From the NCBI GenBank assembly GCA_030704615.1, contig CM060733.1, forward strand, positions 20,398,001 to 20,462,000: a stretch of 64,000 nucleotides of DNA. The letters run 5' to 3'. This document shows, piece by piece, positions 24,101 through 36,690 of the stretch; positions within the stretch are counted from its first letter, which is position 1, and the number at the start of each line of letters is the position of its first letter. Below the pieces are notes generated by a model. That model was not told the origin of the DNA. It saw only the letters and a program-made list of their open reading frames with translations, and did not search any database. The position numbers were made by a program, and so were the translations under genes. This DNA comes from Takakia lepidozioides (Eukaryota; Plantae; Bryophyta).

Positions 24101-25038
24101 GCCTGATTGTCTTTTATGTGCAGATGGTACAGTTGCACTCGTCGCTACCTGCAACGCCAATGGTCCCAGAGATACCCTATGGGCAACTGCCAGCACAACG
24201 ACAACTGCCATTGCAATTGGGTGGGCCTTGTGGCGTGGATTTCAGTTCTCTTGAGATTTCATCTGAAGCAAAGCTAAGACGAAGCATCAGTGCCCCAGTT
24301 ACTGCTCCAATGACCTGTCTGGATGCTCTCAGAGATACTCTCTCTCAGGTATTTGAACAAGTTGCAATGTCATGAGAGAGGAGAGGGAGCCCCAGTAGTG
24401 ATCACTGAGCACTTTCACCTAGCCTGAGATGAGTGTGGATATGGCTATTCTCCTGTTATTACTCTGTTCTCCAGTACTATCACCCGATACATACATGCTG
24501 CTATAAACACATTCATCTTAAATATATGCCACATGCATGTACATTGTAATGCACCTACACTGCAATTCATAACTTATCTAAGAGTAATGCTCTGATGTGA
24601 GTTTCTGCAGACATCAAGCTTATGGGATGGTGAGCTCCAAAGTATAGTCCAGATGGGCTTTACTCAAGGCACACCATTATCCTTGACATCGCAAGGACCA
24701 CATGGTGCGTTCAGCCTGACCACTTGCTTCCTTGTCACTGAATAGTTTGTGGAGTTTATATCTGGCGTTGAATAGAGAGGAGGGGCCTTCTTCACCTTCC
24801 CCAATACTGCACAAGCACGAATATGCATAAATGCAGCTGTATCCCATTGATGCATTAAAATTGTGAGGTTGTTGGAGTCTTTGTCAGACAAACCATTCAA
24901 TTGTTGCCTGGATTGTTCAATCCCCCCAGTTGTCATTTTGCCTGCTTTGAGGAGCGTTTTGCTGAAGTATCCCTGATGATGAAGCCTGCTGTGGACACAG
25001 GTCAATTGCCAGGGGGCCACATGAAGGTGGAGCTTTGA
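21194..25038 (+). CDS. bHLH transcription factor, subfamily XII (CIB/BPE/bHLH49-62-78-like), 8 coding exons
   Basis: Exons 21194-22534, 22838-23068, 23377-23442, 23599-23667, 23855-23926, 24124-24348, 24611-24704 and 25001-25038, all GT-AG and in phase. Motifs [79 protein letters not shown] and C-terminal HMKVEL*. Confidence 0.93.
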
Positions 25039-26240
25039 AGGAACTACGAATGTTGGTTTTGAGCAGTGTACCTTGTACTTCCACGGTTCCTTCTCCAAAG
25101 TCTGCTCTCAAGTCGTCTTGTCTTCATACCTGACAGTTGAACTACTTATCCTTGAAAATATGGCATGTGGTTGCTTGCCAAATGTCGTTGTTTAATTCAC
25201 ATACGACAGCAGGGATCGATGTTCTGGAGCCATGCTGAATCATCAACAGACAACATGGACACCTTACAACAAAGAAAGCTGCTGCTATGAATGTACAAAT
25301 ACTGGGTGCCAAAGGGCGCACAGATTACTGAGCAAGTATGGGGATCCAATGAACGGGGAAACAAATCGTACTGGCATTGCGAGAAGCCCCTGTGAGTGGG
25401 TTCCATAGTGGCGTGTTTTTTTTCAGAGGTTATGGGTGGTGTTGTGTTCATTCTAGTCAGGTGTTTGTTTCTTAAGAGGAAGAGTTGCATTCACAAGTAG
25501 CAGTTTATTGTGGAACTTGCCAAGTGTTGATAGTGTTTGATTACTTAGTCACGAGAAATTTGGTGAATGCACGCCATACTGTGGAGTTACCTACTGGTAT
25601 TTGGTGTATGGGTTGGCCTCATCAACTGTTATGTATCACTATTTGTTACAACTCTTTAACACGCATGACAAGAAGAGGGGAAAACAGGCTAGGGATGTGT
25701 TTGAAAGGCTTATATGTATACAAGTTTGCCACTCAGTTTCACTAAACTTTTGAGCAAATTTCCACTTTGGCCTTTCATGAACTCCTGGATTTTTGTTTGT
25801 CTCTCTACTATTCCTATGCCATTAGGTCATTCTCTGTGCATGTCAAACTGAATATGGAGGCATTCAGGGTCAGAATGTGAAGAGGTAACAAATAACGAAA
25901 GTGCTCTGGAATGTTCTAAGAGATTTGTGCAGAAACAATGAAAGGCCAGAATCAGTTGACCACACTTCTCCGCATACTGCTCGGTGAATTAAACACAAGA
26001 CTCACCAAAAAGGTTGTCTCACATCACAATGCCATGGCAAACCTCTTTCTCTTCTCCCCCACCTTCCATGCTCCATCCAAATCTGGCCTACCACAATCCC
26101 CATCACTACAGGCAATCCAAGTCTTATAGCTGCAATGTGCTGCCATGGACCAGTTTGCTTTGCAATGAATCAAACAGAGCTTGTTACTTCCAGATGGACG
26201 GTTTGGTTTTCTGATGAGTGCTTACCATGCATCCACTACC

Positions 26241-26362
26241 TTACACATCTAGTGACAAGGAATTGACATGTGGGCAGGTTTAATAACTTGGACTTCCTTG
26301 TAATTACACATCTAGTGACAGGGAATTGACATGTGGGCAGGTTTAATAACTTGGACTTCCTT
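26241..26362 (+). repeat. Approximately 60-bp tandem duplication (period 63)
   Basis: TTACACATCTAGTGACA(A/G)GGAATTGACATGTGGGCAGGTTTAATAACTTGGACTTCCTT x2. Confidence 0.9.
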
Positions 26363-27569
26363 CGTCCAACCCAAAAAGTAGCTGCCAGCCACCTCTGCAC
26401 CCTGTCAGGTATTCTCATTAATGACTGGAAGCAAACAGACCAAAAAAAAGCCTGCTGGAAGAGGACTGATACTCACCTCTATTGTGCACTGTCACAGATT
26501 CTCTTGTTGGTATTCTGGACTAGTATCTGTTATGATCAAGATCTGCGGCAAGGTCCTATTACCTAATCAATGAATGCCGAGTGTCTGAATGGGATTGCAG
26601 TGTCCACGAGACTGACAAGAATCATACTTGTCTCTCAGCCTAACTTAGCTGGGCTTTGAGTGCGCTAGGATTGGAGTGGACGGCGACAACATGTGGGTTG
26701 GAAGCTCGCTGCCTGACACGCGCACCGGTTGAAGACATTTATGGGTGCTCACTGCTAATTTAAGCGCTTAGTGGGGACATGTGACACACCGTCTGGTATT
26801 TTCCATTTTGGGAATGGGCTTCCTAGTGTGGTGCCTCCGGCATGGGCACCCTTTGGCCAATTGGACGAGGCCTTCCACTCTCATCCCAACATTCATTTAT
26901 AGACACCCGAGGAATGCCTTCCCCACGGAGAGCCTCCCCATTGGGGAACCACCTGTCCGCGTGCCTATCCTTTAGGAAACCAGGCTGTTTTGTTGCCCCA
27001 TTGGATGATCCCTAAGCTACATCCTCTAATCATAAGCGATCCAAAATAGTCCCGGAAAGTCATCCACCTTTTCCACTCTCAACATTGGCTACATACCAAA
27101 GCCATGGTTTCATTGACCAAGGTTCGGATAAGTGGCATGTGGGCCTTCCCAAATATAGTGGGCAACTGAAAACTGGACCAATTCAAAGAGCTCTGCAAGG
27201 GTAGCCAACGGCATGGGTTGCTTGGAGGCCCAATGAAACTGAGCAGACAGACTGTTTAGAACTGTTAAGTTTGTCCCTAAATTTGTCCCTAGAGCCTCCC
27301 TAAAGTTTAGAGGTTGCGGTGACCAATGAGGGCAGCAGTGATTGGGGGATCGAGACCTTTCCTGCATCCCTTTATGGTTCCTGCACTTGTACACCCTAAT
27401 TCCCGGCTTTTGTGGTGACACTCGGTGGGCACGTGCCATTGATGCATGAATGTGGATGTAGGGAGACGCACGCACACATTCATTGGATGAGTAGGGCGAG
27501 CGAGAGGAATATAGGTTTTAGGGTCTGATATACACTGTACATAATACATTTCAGTATATTAACAGTATA

Positions 27570-27675
27570 CGTATTACTGAGGTGAGTGCTCAGTAACTCA
27601 CCGTATTTTTGCCTCCTAGGTGGATTGAACCCACAACCACTTAGGTGCCCATTACTACTGGGCTACAACTTGGTT
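27570..27675 (-). mobile_element. tRNA-derived SINE-like head related to the SINE at 55385-55559
   Basis: Minus strand AACCAAGTTGTAGCCCAGTAGTAATGGGCAC...GTGGTTGTGGGTTCAATCC contains A and B boxes and aligns by eye with the head of the 55.5-kb SINE. Confidence 0.6.
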
Positions 27676-28950
27676 CATATAGTGACAATCGCAGTCTCTG
27701 TAATCAGCTTCAAACTCCCTTGCGCCTTTCAGTGTCTGTTTTTTGTGAGAAGTTTTGAGACATCTCTGAAATTTTATTGAGTGTTCGAATCAATCTTGGA
27801 GGAGGGAAGTTGTGTGAAACAAGGGTGAGACTTGCTTTGGGCTCTAGGCTTGCCTTTGTAAAACCCCTTCCTCGGGAAGAAACACGAGGGTAAATCCATT
27901 AGAAATGAGGGCGGAAGACAAGATTGGCAGTAAAACTACCTACATTGAAAAATCTCTTTTGTCTGGCCTCTCCTGGTGTCTGTGTGGTCTTCTAGTGCTG
28001 ACATTGTGTCGATTATGGCCACACCAACGTATGAGATACAGTTGAAGCATTGGATCTCACAGTGATATCATGATAGCCTGTGAATCGACACTAAATTCTC
28101 TATAGTTGAACTGTCGTCAGCCCGCATGGCCAGTATGTCTATTACAGGTTGGGTGTAACAACCGGAGGTCCGGATGGGTTAAAATGCAACAACCACTCTG
28201 GAAAAGGCAGTCACTATTCTGCACCTTGAAAGGGTACATCAGTGCCAATATTCAAAGGTAGAAAGACCATCTCCCTCACATCCTGTATATGTTGGGAGCC
28301 GATAAAAAATTCAAGGTTTTAAAGGAAGAAGGCCATGATATTGCTTGCCTGAAGAGGCTCTGTAACTGGTCGCTGGAGGGAGGCAAGGGCAGCCACACTG
28401 TTTGCTTGGCAAATTCTTCCTCCTACTTCCACCAACTCACTATCCCTTTCTTGGTTTCCCAGATGTTCCATGGATTGCCTCCAAATTTTCCAAGTGAAGG
28501 AGACAGGTGAGCACACAATATGCTATCAAAGTTTTGAAATTCTCATTTCCTGGAAGTCATTTCGATTTTTTATGCGGGGGTCTCATGATGACACAATCAG
28601 GGACCTGATATTCCACCTCTGGCACTTTCTGGCGATTTTTCCGGATTTTATGCCCCATAATCCCTTTGTACAAGTAGCTGACCCATTTTCCAGGTCAATT
28701 AAATCGCCAGTTACAATGAACACTGCTTCAAAGACAGTCTGCACTTTCCTTCCAACATCTGATGGAACCCTCCGCATAAGACTGATACACTTTTACTTGG
28801 CTTTGTTAACTTTAGAGTTAAGACTATAAATAACTTAAACTGATTCCAGCCCCACTTTTTATCGTCTCAATGGAGATGCAGACTGAATCCCTTACAGTAC
28901 CAAAAAAATTATTTGTGGCTAGACATAAGTGCAGAAGTCGCGTAGCTTAG

Positions 28951-31900
28951 CTAGATAGCTTCTCCAGGTGGCAACTCAGCAATTTTAGCCGGCATGCCCA
29001 GCACTCGTTCCATGTCATATCGCACTTCGATGTTGCGGATGCTATAACCAACTACCATTAGCCAATACAACAGCTTCGCCAGTTCCGCAGCTGTTGTCTC
29101 GGTTGCTGCCCTCTGCCAACCAGAATGAACTTCAGTAAGTATAACCTTTGACATAACATAGCCCAGTCCGGCATTGCCACTGCCATTTCAGCTGTTTCTA
29201 CTGGTTGAAACTTGAAACATCCTTAACCAAATCTACAAAAGCCCAATCTGTCAATCCTTCCCAAGAAATCATTCCTGACAAAGCACCTGTCACCTATGTG
29301 GATGCATTGTCCCGCTTGATTGTTCTAGGCTGGGCCTTGTAACCAGGGATCCGCAATCGATTTTCACATTGCTGAGCAGAGAGAGAGGGGTTGGAAGAAA
29401 AACTGAGGAACAGAACCTTAATTTGGGAAGAGTCAGCAACACCAAGCAACCGCTGAATGAAGGTGTTCATAGCCTCCAGTGCATCCTCCCCAGCACTTGT
29501 CGTTAATTCCTGCTACCCCATCCCACCATCAGATTTTGGAGGCAAGAGAACTGATTAGGAAAGTAGTGGAAGAGAAAGCACACTGTCAAGAAGTCAAAGA
29601 GACTGACAATTGGTCCATGATTTCGATGGGCGCCACTTACAACCATCCTGGCTGTGGTCATATATTCCTCATAATAAAAAGTCAGCATCTGTTAATCAAT
29701 CCTTGAGACGGATATAAATCAAACAAAATGGTGACATTAAACCATCCCTGCCATATCTCCCTTTAAGCCATTTTCCCCATGACATACATCCAGGCTCAAT
29801 CAAGGGTGAGAATGACTGTCTTTTGAGTGTTAACTACCTGCAAAATGTATCCAAGTTGGGGTTACTCTGTTACTTCACAGATGAGCTGCACATCCATCTA
29901 AAAATGCAATATTTACCAAGATAGATCTTAACCTGTATGTTCTGGGGCTGAAGAGATTTGAGGTAACCCAGGAGCTCGTTGCGACCACCTGAGGCCCGCC
30001 CTCTTTGCTCCAACTGCTTTTTCAATTCTACAATCTCTGATTCAAGCAGCTCTATATACTCAACAGCCGCCATGGTTTCAGCCCCTTCCTCATTATGCCA
30101 TCTGACCACATCTCCACTAACCCTTGTCTTTTGAACCCCTGGAGCATACCTTGTATTGAACTGCAGCCATCAAAAAACACATATATTTGGATTCACCATT
30201 TTTGGAGATTACAATCAGTAGACTCTTAACACAAACAAGGTAACTACAGAGAAAATTAGATCACAAGAGATGACACAAAAGGTTCAGCCCAGCAGCATCC
30301 ACAAAACATGTCACAGGGCTATATAAGACCCTGCTGGTGCTGCTGAGCCATCATAGCAGGTCTGCATGACATGGAACTTGCCTCTTGAAAGGAGGTGGGT
30401 TTGAGAGCCTTTGCTCTAGTTCAGCTAACCACCCTACATGACAGATTGCAGATGTAGGGCATGCAACCTCAAGAAATGATGCAACCTACCGTGAGTTGGT
30501 TAGATTCAGGAAGAGCTGCCTGGGCTAGACTGTTTTGCAAATCAAGCCGATATTGTGCATTTCTAAACATGTAGCCAGTCATCATCACACTGTACATGAG
30601 CTGCGCCAAGTTTTCTGCTACCTGCATTTCAACCCCCAGCAACCAAAGTAGTTGCACAACAGACTGAGTCAGGTGAACTTTGAGCAGGAGATCGATAGAT
30701 TTACAAAGGAAATATAAACACAAAGCCAATTGATATGTCAAAAGAGGTGCACACATACAGTGGAGACAGTGACATCAAAAAACTGTGGAGGTAGGGTGCC
30801 GAGCATGTTGGTAACTGTCTGCCGCATCGCCTCCACCACCTGCATCATACTCTCAGGCAATGTGTAAAAGCTGAGTCATTAGGCAAGGTGGGGCCCTTGA
30901 GAAAATTGAACTGCCCCATTTCAAATGTTTCCAGGAATGAGAATTGACCAGGCCTTCCAAAAACGAACCTGATACCTAGCATATACCTTTCTGCAGAGCT
31001 CAACAAATAACTTTGTAGTGAGTTCACGAGTGCATGGACTTTTCGGGTGAGGAATCAGTGTGTGGAGATTCTTGTATGATTGGTATATGAGTGTCATAGA
31101 CGACAGAAGAAACCTGGTCGGGGGCTCTCTTGACAAAACGTTCCATAATTTCAGGTTGCACATTCTTTACATACTCCAACAGCATTTCCCTCCGACTTGC
31201 GTACTGCAGTTTCTCCACATACGCACACAAAGTCTAATCAAATTATATGATGGATGCCAAATTGTTTGAATTCAACTGTGCAAGTACACACACACAGCCT
31301 CACAAATCAAACATTGCAGCTCACATTACAGCTGAGTCTCATCTGAAACGAAAAGTAGCAGCTAGTGAAGACAAAGTGAACACAGGGCACTCACTGAAAG
31401 AACAGCAACTGGGAGTCCACGGATGAACAAACCCTAATTGAGAGGGTTAAGCAAACGAACTTTCAAATGTGTCCCAAGTTCAATGAGTGAAAACATACAG
31501 ATCATAAAAGTATCAAGAAGGGGAAGAGTACTTTCTAGAGTTTCACTTAAAGACTCAGCGGAAGCTATGTCTACACAGATACGCACTCCTCCGTCCTTCT
31601 GTTCAGATTGCCATTTATAAAAATGACAACAAACGTCGTGACGCACCCACATTGAACCATGCGGACGAATTACTAGCAAAAACCCACATGGACGTCTTGG
31701 AGGAGACAGAGAAAGGGCGTGAGGGTCATTACACCTGAGGGGGCGGAGCTTTCAACAACTTGCGAAGTGAAAACAAAAAAGAAGATAAGCGTTACAGAAC
31801 CACGCACTAAAGGTCGATCAGGAGACGCTGTCGTGCCATCCCCAGAAGCTCCATTGCTGCTGCCATCAGCCAACGCACAGGCCACTCGACGCTTTCTTTC

Positions 31901-32101
31901 CCTTCTTCCCAAAACCCTAGACCCACCCTTCAAGTCAACCCATGTAGACGGACTGACTAATGAAGCGCTGACATGATTTGAAAATCTGGGAAGAAGCAAT
32001 GAGCACGACTCGGACGTGGACGGCTGGCAGGCAGAGGATTTGGAGACAGGAAGAGACGAAGAGGGTGGCAGGGGCAGACGGAGAGAGAGAGACGCTGCCA
32101 T
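28951..32101 (-). CDS. DUF760 family protein (UV-B-induced At3g17800/At1g32160-like), probably plastid-targeted, 7 exons
   Basis: ATG at 32101 begins a Ser-rich transit-peptide-like N-terminus. Exons at about 32101-31808, 31203-31114, 30839-30759, 30621-30490, 30161-29933, 29509-29417 and 29112-28951. Motifs LLEYVKNVQPE, EAMRQTVTNMLGTLPPQFF, ENLAQLMYSVMMTGYMFRNAQYR, NELLGYLKSLQP and LAKLLYWLMVVGYSIRNIEVR. Confidence 0.9.
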
Positions 32102-32236
32102 GCCCACCTAATGCAAGCTTCTTCTGCCGTCTCTAACAAGATGGGTCATAAGCGCAAGCAAAGATCTGCACTACTCTCTTCCTCCTCTTCTATATTTTTT
32201 CTCTCCCTCTCTCTCTCTCTCTCTCTCCCACCCCAA

Positions 32237-35200
32237 TTTGGATGAGAAAAGGACCCCCGTTGGGACAAAACGATCCCTTTTGGGACTTCTCATCCAAAAA
32301 GTACGATGAGCGGCGTCGCTACCAGACCTCGGCGAGGCCTGCAACGCCGCCAACTTAGTGGAGGTGTTGGTAGTAGCGACAGCGGTAGCAGCGCTAAACG
32401 AGCAAGCGTCCGCTGTGCAACAATGGGCTCCACGCCGGTCAACAGTGGGCCCCACGCCGGTCAGGCGGCCTCGATCGGCTCGTCCCTCAACTTGTTCAGC
32501 CCCCCACGCCGTTCAGGCAGCCAACTCCAGCCCTCACCACAACCCCTCTAGTGCCTACTCCACCATCCATGGCAGTTCGCTCCTCAGAGCAACGAGAGGT
32601 GCTGAACACAGCCGCAACTGCTCCTACTGGAAGACCTGCTCTTTTTGGAAGATCCCAACGCCAACGTACCCCTACCCCTAGCTCACACATTCCTGATGCG
32701 CACCAGAGTGCAAGCTCCAGACACCAAGTTCAAGAAGAGTCGTCATCTTCACAACGATCTTTTCCACCGCTGATTCCAGGTTTTTCCATTGGCGCCCCAC
32801 CGACCGAAGAACTCCCACAGTGTCTGTTGAGCCTTCCCCCACTGCGCCTCTCAGGTAGGGTTCGAGGTCTCACACCAGTCACTTCTCCTCAGGTTCTCCA
32901 TCCCATTCTCGGCAGCGGCTTCAAGGCAACCCAACTCCTCTTGGTCATGAGCTTCTCCACGTGCCTTCTTCTCCAGTTGTGCAGCCTGCATTGCCGACCC
33001 CATCACTCTTACCCCAACAGCAGGCGCCTCTCCCATCAGACCGTACCCCATGCCCAGCTTGCGGTCGTCTTTTTGCGCGCATCAGAGGGCTTGCGGGACA
33101 CCAGCGCACGTGTGCGGCTCTTCATCAGTCCTACACAAATGGTACTTCTCCATTTCAGCCCAGTGTCTTGCACGCGCCACCTCCTGCCTCTGCTTGGCAT
33201 TGGCTTTCAGCGTTAGATGTTCTGGGCGCATTTCAGCTAGGACTGCCAAGGCCTCGTCTTTATACAAGAATTCTGGTGGCACTACGTCATGAGGTCCAAC
33301 TGGTACTCCGTCTACCCTTAGACAGGCTGGCTCGTGATCCTGATGATATACCAGCATGATATCTTTTCTTGTTATTTCCTCAGTGGTGTTTGGTTTTGCC
33401 CCCTCGTGGCGGTCAGTCAGGGCACAGAGAGACGCGCATCCGTCTTCGGCGTTTTTTATCTAGAGATTGGGAGAGTTTGCAAAATGAGCATCAATTACGG
33501 GCACTAGCCCTTGCGGCACATGCCCCTCCCGCTTCCTCCACGCATCCACCCTCATCGGCCCACATGCGACTTTGTCATAGTCTCATGTTAGGCCGCGTTG
33601 GCGAGTACTCACGCGCGGCCAAGGCTTTAGCACCTCCTCACCAAGCGTCTCCATCACCGGATACTGTCAGTGCCCTCGAAGCCCTTCACCCATTAGCTCA
33701 GGATATTCTGCCGCTTTTTGTTGAGGACTTCGAGCCAGACTAGGATCTCAAGCTAGATCGGGAGGTCTTCACTCAGGCCTTCACGCGTAGTCCCCAACTT
33801 GCCTTCCGGTCTCCTGTATGAGCACTTACGCGACTGTTTCTCTCCACATGACTCTGCTAGTGGCTTCTCTCAGCTATAGATTTGCTCTTTTATTGCTGAT
33901 GGCCGTATCCCTGCCCCAGTGGCCCGTCTCCTTGGGGCCTCCAGATTGTTGGCTATGAGCAAACCCTCAGGTACTGGCATCCGCCCTATCGCAGTTGGAG
34001 AGGTTCTTTACCGGCTTGTCAGCCGCTCACTTTGTCTTCAGTTTCGAGATGCTTTCTCCGGACACCTCTTTCCGCACCAGTTCGGGGTCGCCACTCTAGG
34101 CGGTTGCGAGGCGGTGGTTCAGGGGATTCGTGCAGCTCTTGATCTTCATCCGGATTGGGTGGTTCTCCAGGTCGACGTCACCAACGCTTTCAACACTGTG
34201 TCACGAGCGGCTATCTTTCAGGTACTCCGTTCAGCCGGAAGAGATTTCCACCAGCTCATTCCGTTTGTTCGATTATTCTATGCATCCACCACTCCCCTAT
34301 ACTACAGTCATCATTCTCGCCTAGATGAGTGCTCCATCATTCAGTCCGAGGTTGGGACCCGCCAAGGCGACCCTTTAGGAGGACCTTTGTTTGCCATGGC
34401 TCCTATCCGCGCCCTCACGGCTTCTGCACAAGTTCACTCATCTTGTCTTTTTCCGTCGGTGGCAGACGACGCGCACATTGTAGGCCCTGCCTCACAAGTA
34501 CTTTTAGCTTACTATCATTTTGTCACCCAACTCTCTGCCGTGGGCCTTTCAGTGCAACCTCACAAATGTGCGGTGTGGTCTCCGTCCGGCCTCCTTGCAG
34601 ATTTTGTCCTCCCTGCTCACTTCATTGCTCCGCCCAATGACATCAGAATCCTGGGAGTCCCTTTTGGCACCACCCAGTTCACAACGTCCTTCTTGGAAGA
34701 TGCACTCCACTAGGATGCCACCCACGCCGATCTTCTTCCTAGGCTCGGAGATGTACAGGTAGCATATGGAATCTTGACCAAATGTTTCTTTCAGCGTCCC
34801 TCATATCTCTTACGCACTGTTCCACCCAGCCCAGATTTCCTACATCTTTTATCTGGGTTTGATACTACCATGATGACTATCTTCGGGAGATTGTTAGGAC
34901 CAGGAGCTCTGGAGGGTGCTCAGGGACTTTTGTCACGACAGCAAGCCACCTTGTCCGTCACTTCCGGTGGTGTGAGTCTTTTGTCCACTGTCACTACCAC
35001 CTCGTCAGCTTTCCTCGGCAGTTGGGCATTAGTGGCGCCGGGCCTCGCTTCATGATTTCTCTATGACCATTGTCCCATCCTTATGGACGCCGTTGCACAT
35101 GTCGACAGTGGCATTTTACCCTTCCAGCAGCATCTCCGCTCTGCACGAGATCTTCTTCCGGCACCGGCGCGAGCATGTCTACCACCATTTGAGCAGTTGG

Positions 35201-36365
35201 TTGCTCAAGGCCTCGACCATCTTCAGGAGTCCATTTCCGAGTGCGTGCACCGTCATTCCTTTTCCGGCATGCTCTCAAGTGCTTCTTCTGAGTTGCATCG
35301 AGCCCGACTTCTATCATGCACAAGACCCCGAGCAGGGGCATGGTTGACAGCATGACCCACTATCGCACATTTTCGCCTCTCATCCCCTATTTTCATTACT
35401 GCGCTCCGCCTTCGACTCGGTTTGCCTCATCTTTCGGCATTGGGCCTTCAGCGCTGCGTCTGTCTTCAGCCCATCGATGACCTTGCCATCCATCTCCTCC
35501 GCTGTCCATGTGGTGGTGAGCGCACTGCGTCTCATGATATGGTTCGCGATGCGGTGGCAGCTATTGCTCGGGAGGCAGGGTATCATGTACTGCGTGAGCA
35601 ACCACATCTACGACCCACATTCACGTCCCACACTACACGCCGCCGTGTTGACATCGTCCTATCTAGAGATGGTTTGCGTACCTTAGCAGATGTCGTTCTC
35701 GACAACCCCACTCGAGCGGATCTGCTATCTCGCGCAACTACCACATCAGGCATGGCAACCACTGTAGCAGCCCAGGCCAAGGAGCGCGACTACAGCGATC
35801 GTCACCCCACCGACACATTTCTTCCACTGGCAGTCGAAATATTTGGCTCATTGCACCGGCACTTCGACAATTTCCTTCGGACATGTGCACATCATGCAGC
35901 CAAGAGCGGATCCACTGGCATCCCACATGCCTCCGTCCTTGTCGCCTACTATCGACAACGTGTTTCAGTTCTTTACAGAAAGCACAAGCTATCTCTATTT
36001 TGCATCGGGCTGATGTGGCTAGCTCTGCGTCATCTCGTCTTCCGCCTCTGCCTGACACTTTGCCTATCTCCTTGCCTGATCTCCTCCAGGCTGTTGGCTG
36101 GGAGGGTTGCTCTGCTTGAGTAGTTTACTATAGCTTCTGTTTTTGTCATTGATTGAGTAGCTTATTATAGCTTTTGTTTTTTTCTCTAGCTGAGTAGCTT
36201 ACTATAGTTTTTTGTTTTCTTCTATTGTTTCTTGTTCCTCTCCCCCCACCTTTTTTGAACTTCACATTGTATGCACGTTCACCCATTGTACACGTTGTAA
36301 ATAAAGTCTTACAGGGTTTCACAAAAAGTCCCAAAAGGGGTCCTTTGGTATGGAACATATATTCC
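32237..36365 (+). mobile_element. CRE-clade-like non-LTR retrotransposon (zinc finger, RT, restriction-like endonuclease), near full length, decayed
   Basis: One ancestral ORF from about 32306 to 36119, broken by stops and frameshifts. It has a zinc finger CPACGRLF...GHQRTC, RT motifs RPIAVGE, QFGV...GGCE, VDVTNAFN, QGDPLG and ADD, a CCHC motif CVC...HLLRC...SHDMVRD, and RLE motifs RRVDIV...ADVV...AKERDY...PLAVEIFG. Ends are approximate. Confidence 0.88.
36117..36218 (+). repeat. Three 37-bp-period repeats in the 3' UTR of the CRE-like element
   Basis: TGAGTAG(T/C)TTA(C/T)TATAG(C/T)TT..TGTTTT starting at 36117, 36154 and 36191. Confidence 0.8.
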
Positions 36366-36690
36366 TTCAGGAGTGCAAGGAGTGTGCATGTGAGGGAGAG
36401 AGAGACAAACACAGAGAGGGAGAGTGTGGGTGAGAGGGAGACATGGTTGCTGTAACCAGCAAGAGATTTCGAAAGATGGGATTGTTTGGAGGCTTAAGAC
36501 TCACCGCGGAATGTTGGGTGGCAATGCAACTATGGAGTACCAGCTAGAAAAGGGAAGTCCAGTTCTGTATAGATACCGTGGTCTTTGTCACCCGGAGGGG
36601 GCCAGAGCTTGAGAGTAGCATGGTGCGGTGGAAGGAATTGAAAGAAATGTTGGCGAGCGGTGGTGTTGTGTGAAGGATAGGGGGAGGAGA

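Noticed and set aside
26780-28160. Possible solo LTR (TGTGACAC...GTGTAACA)
   Set aside because: No matching 5-bp TSD, PBS or PPT at the candidate ends.
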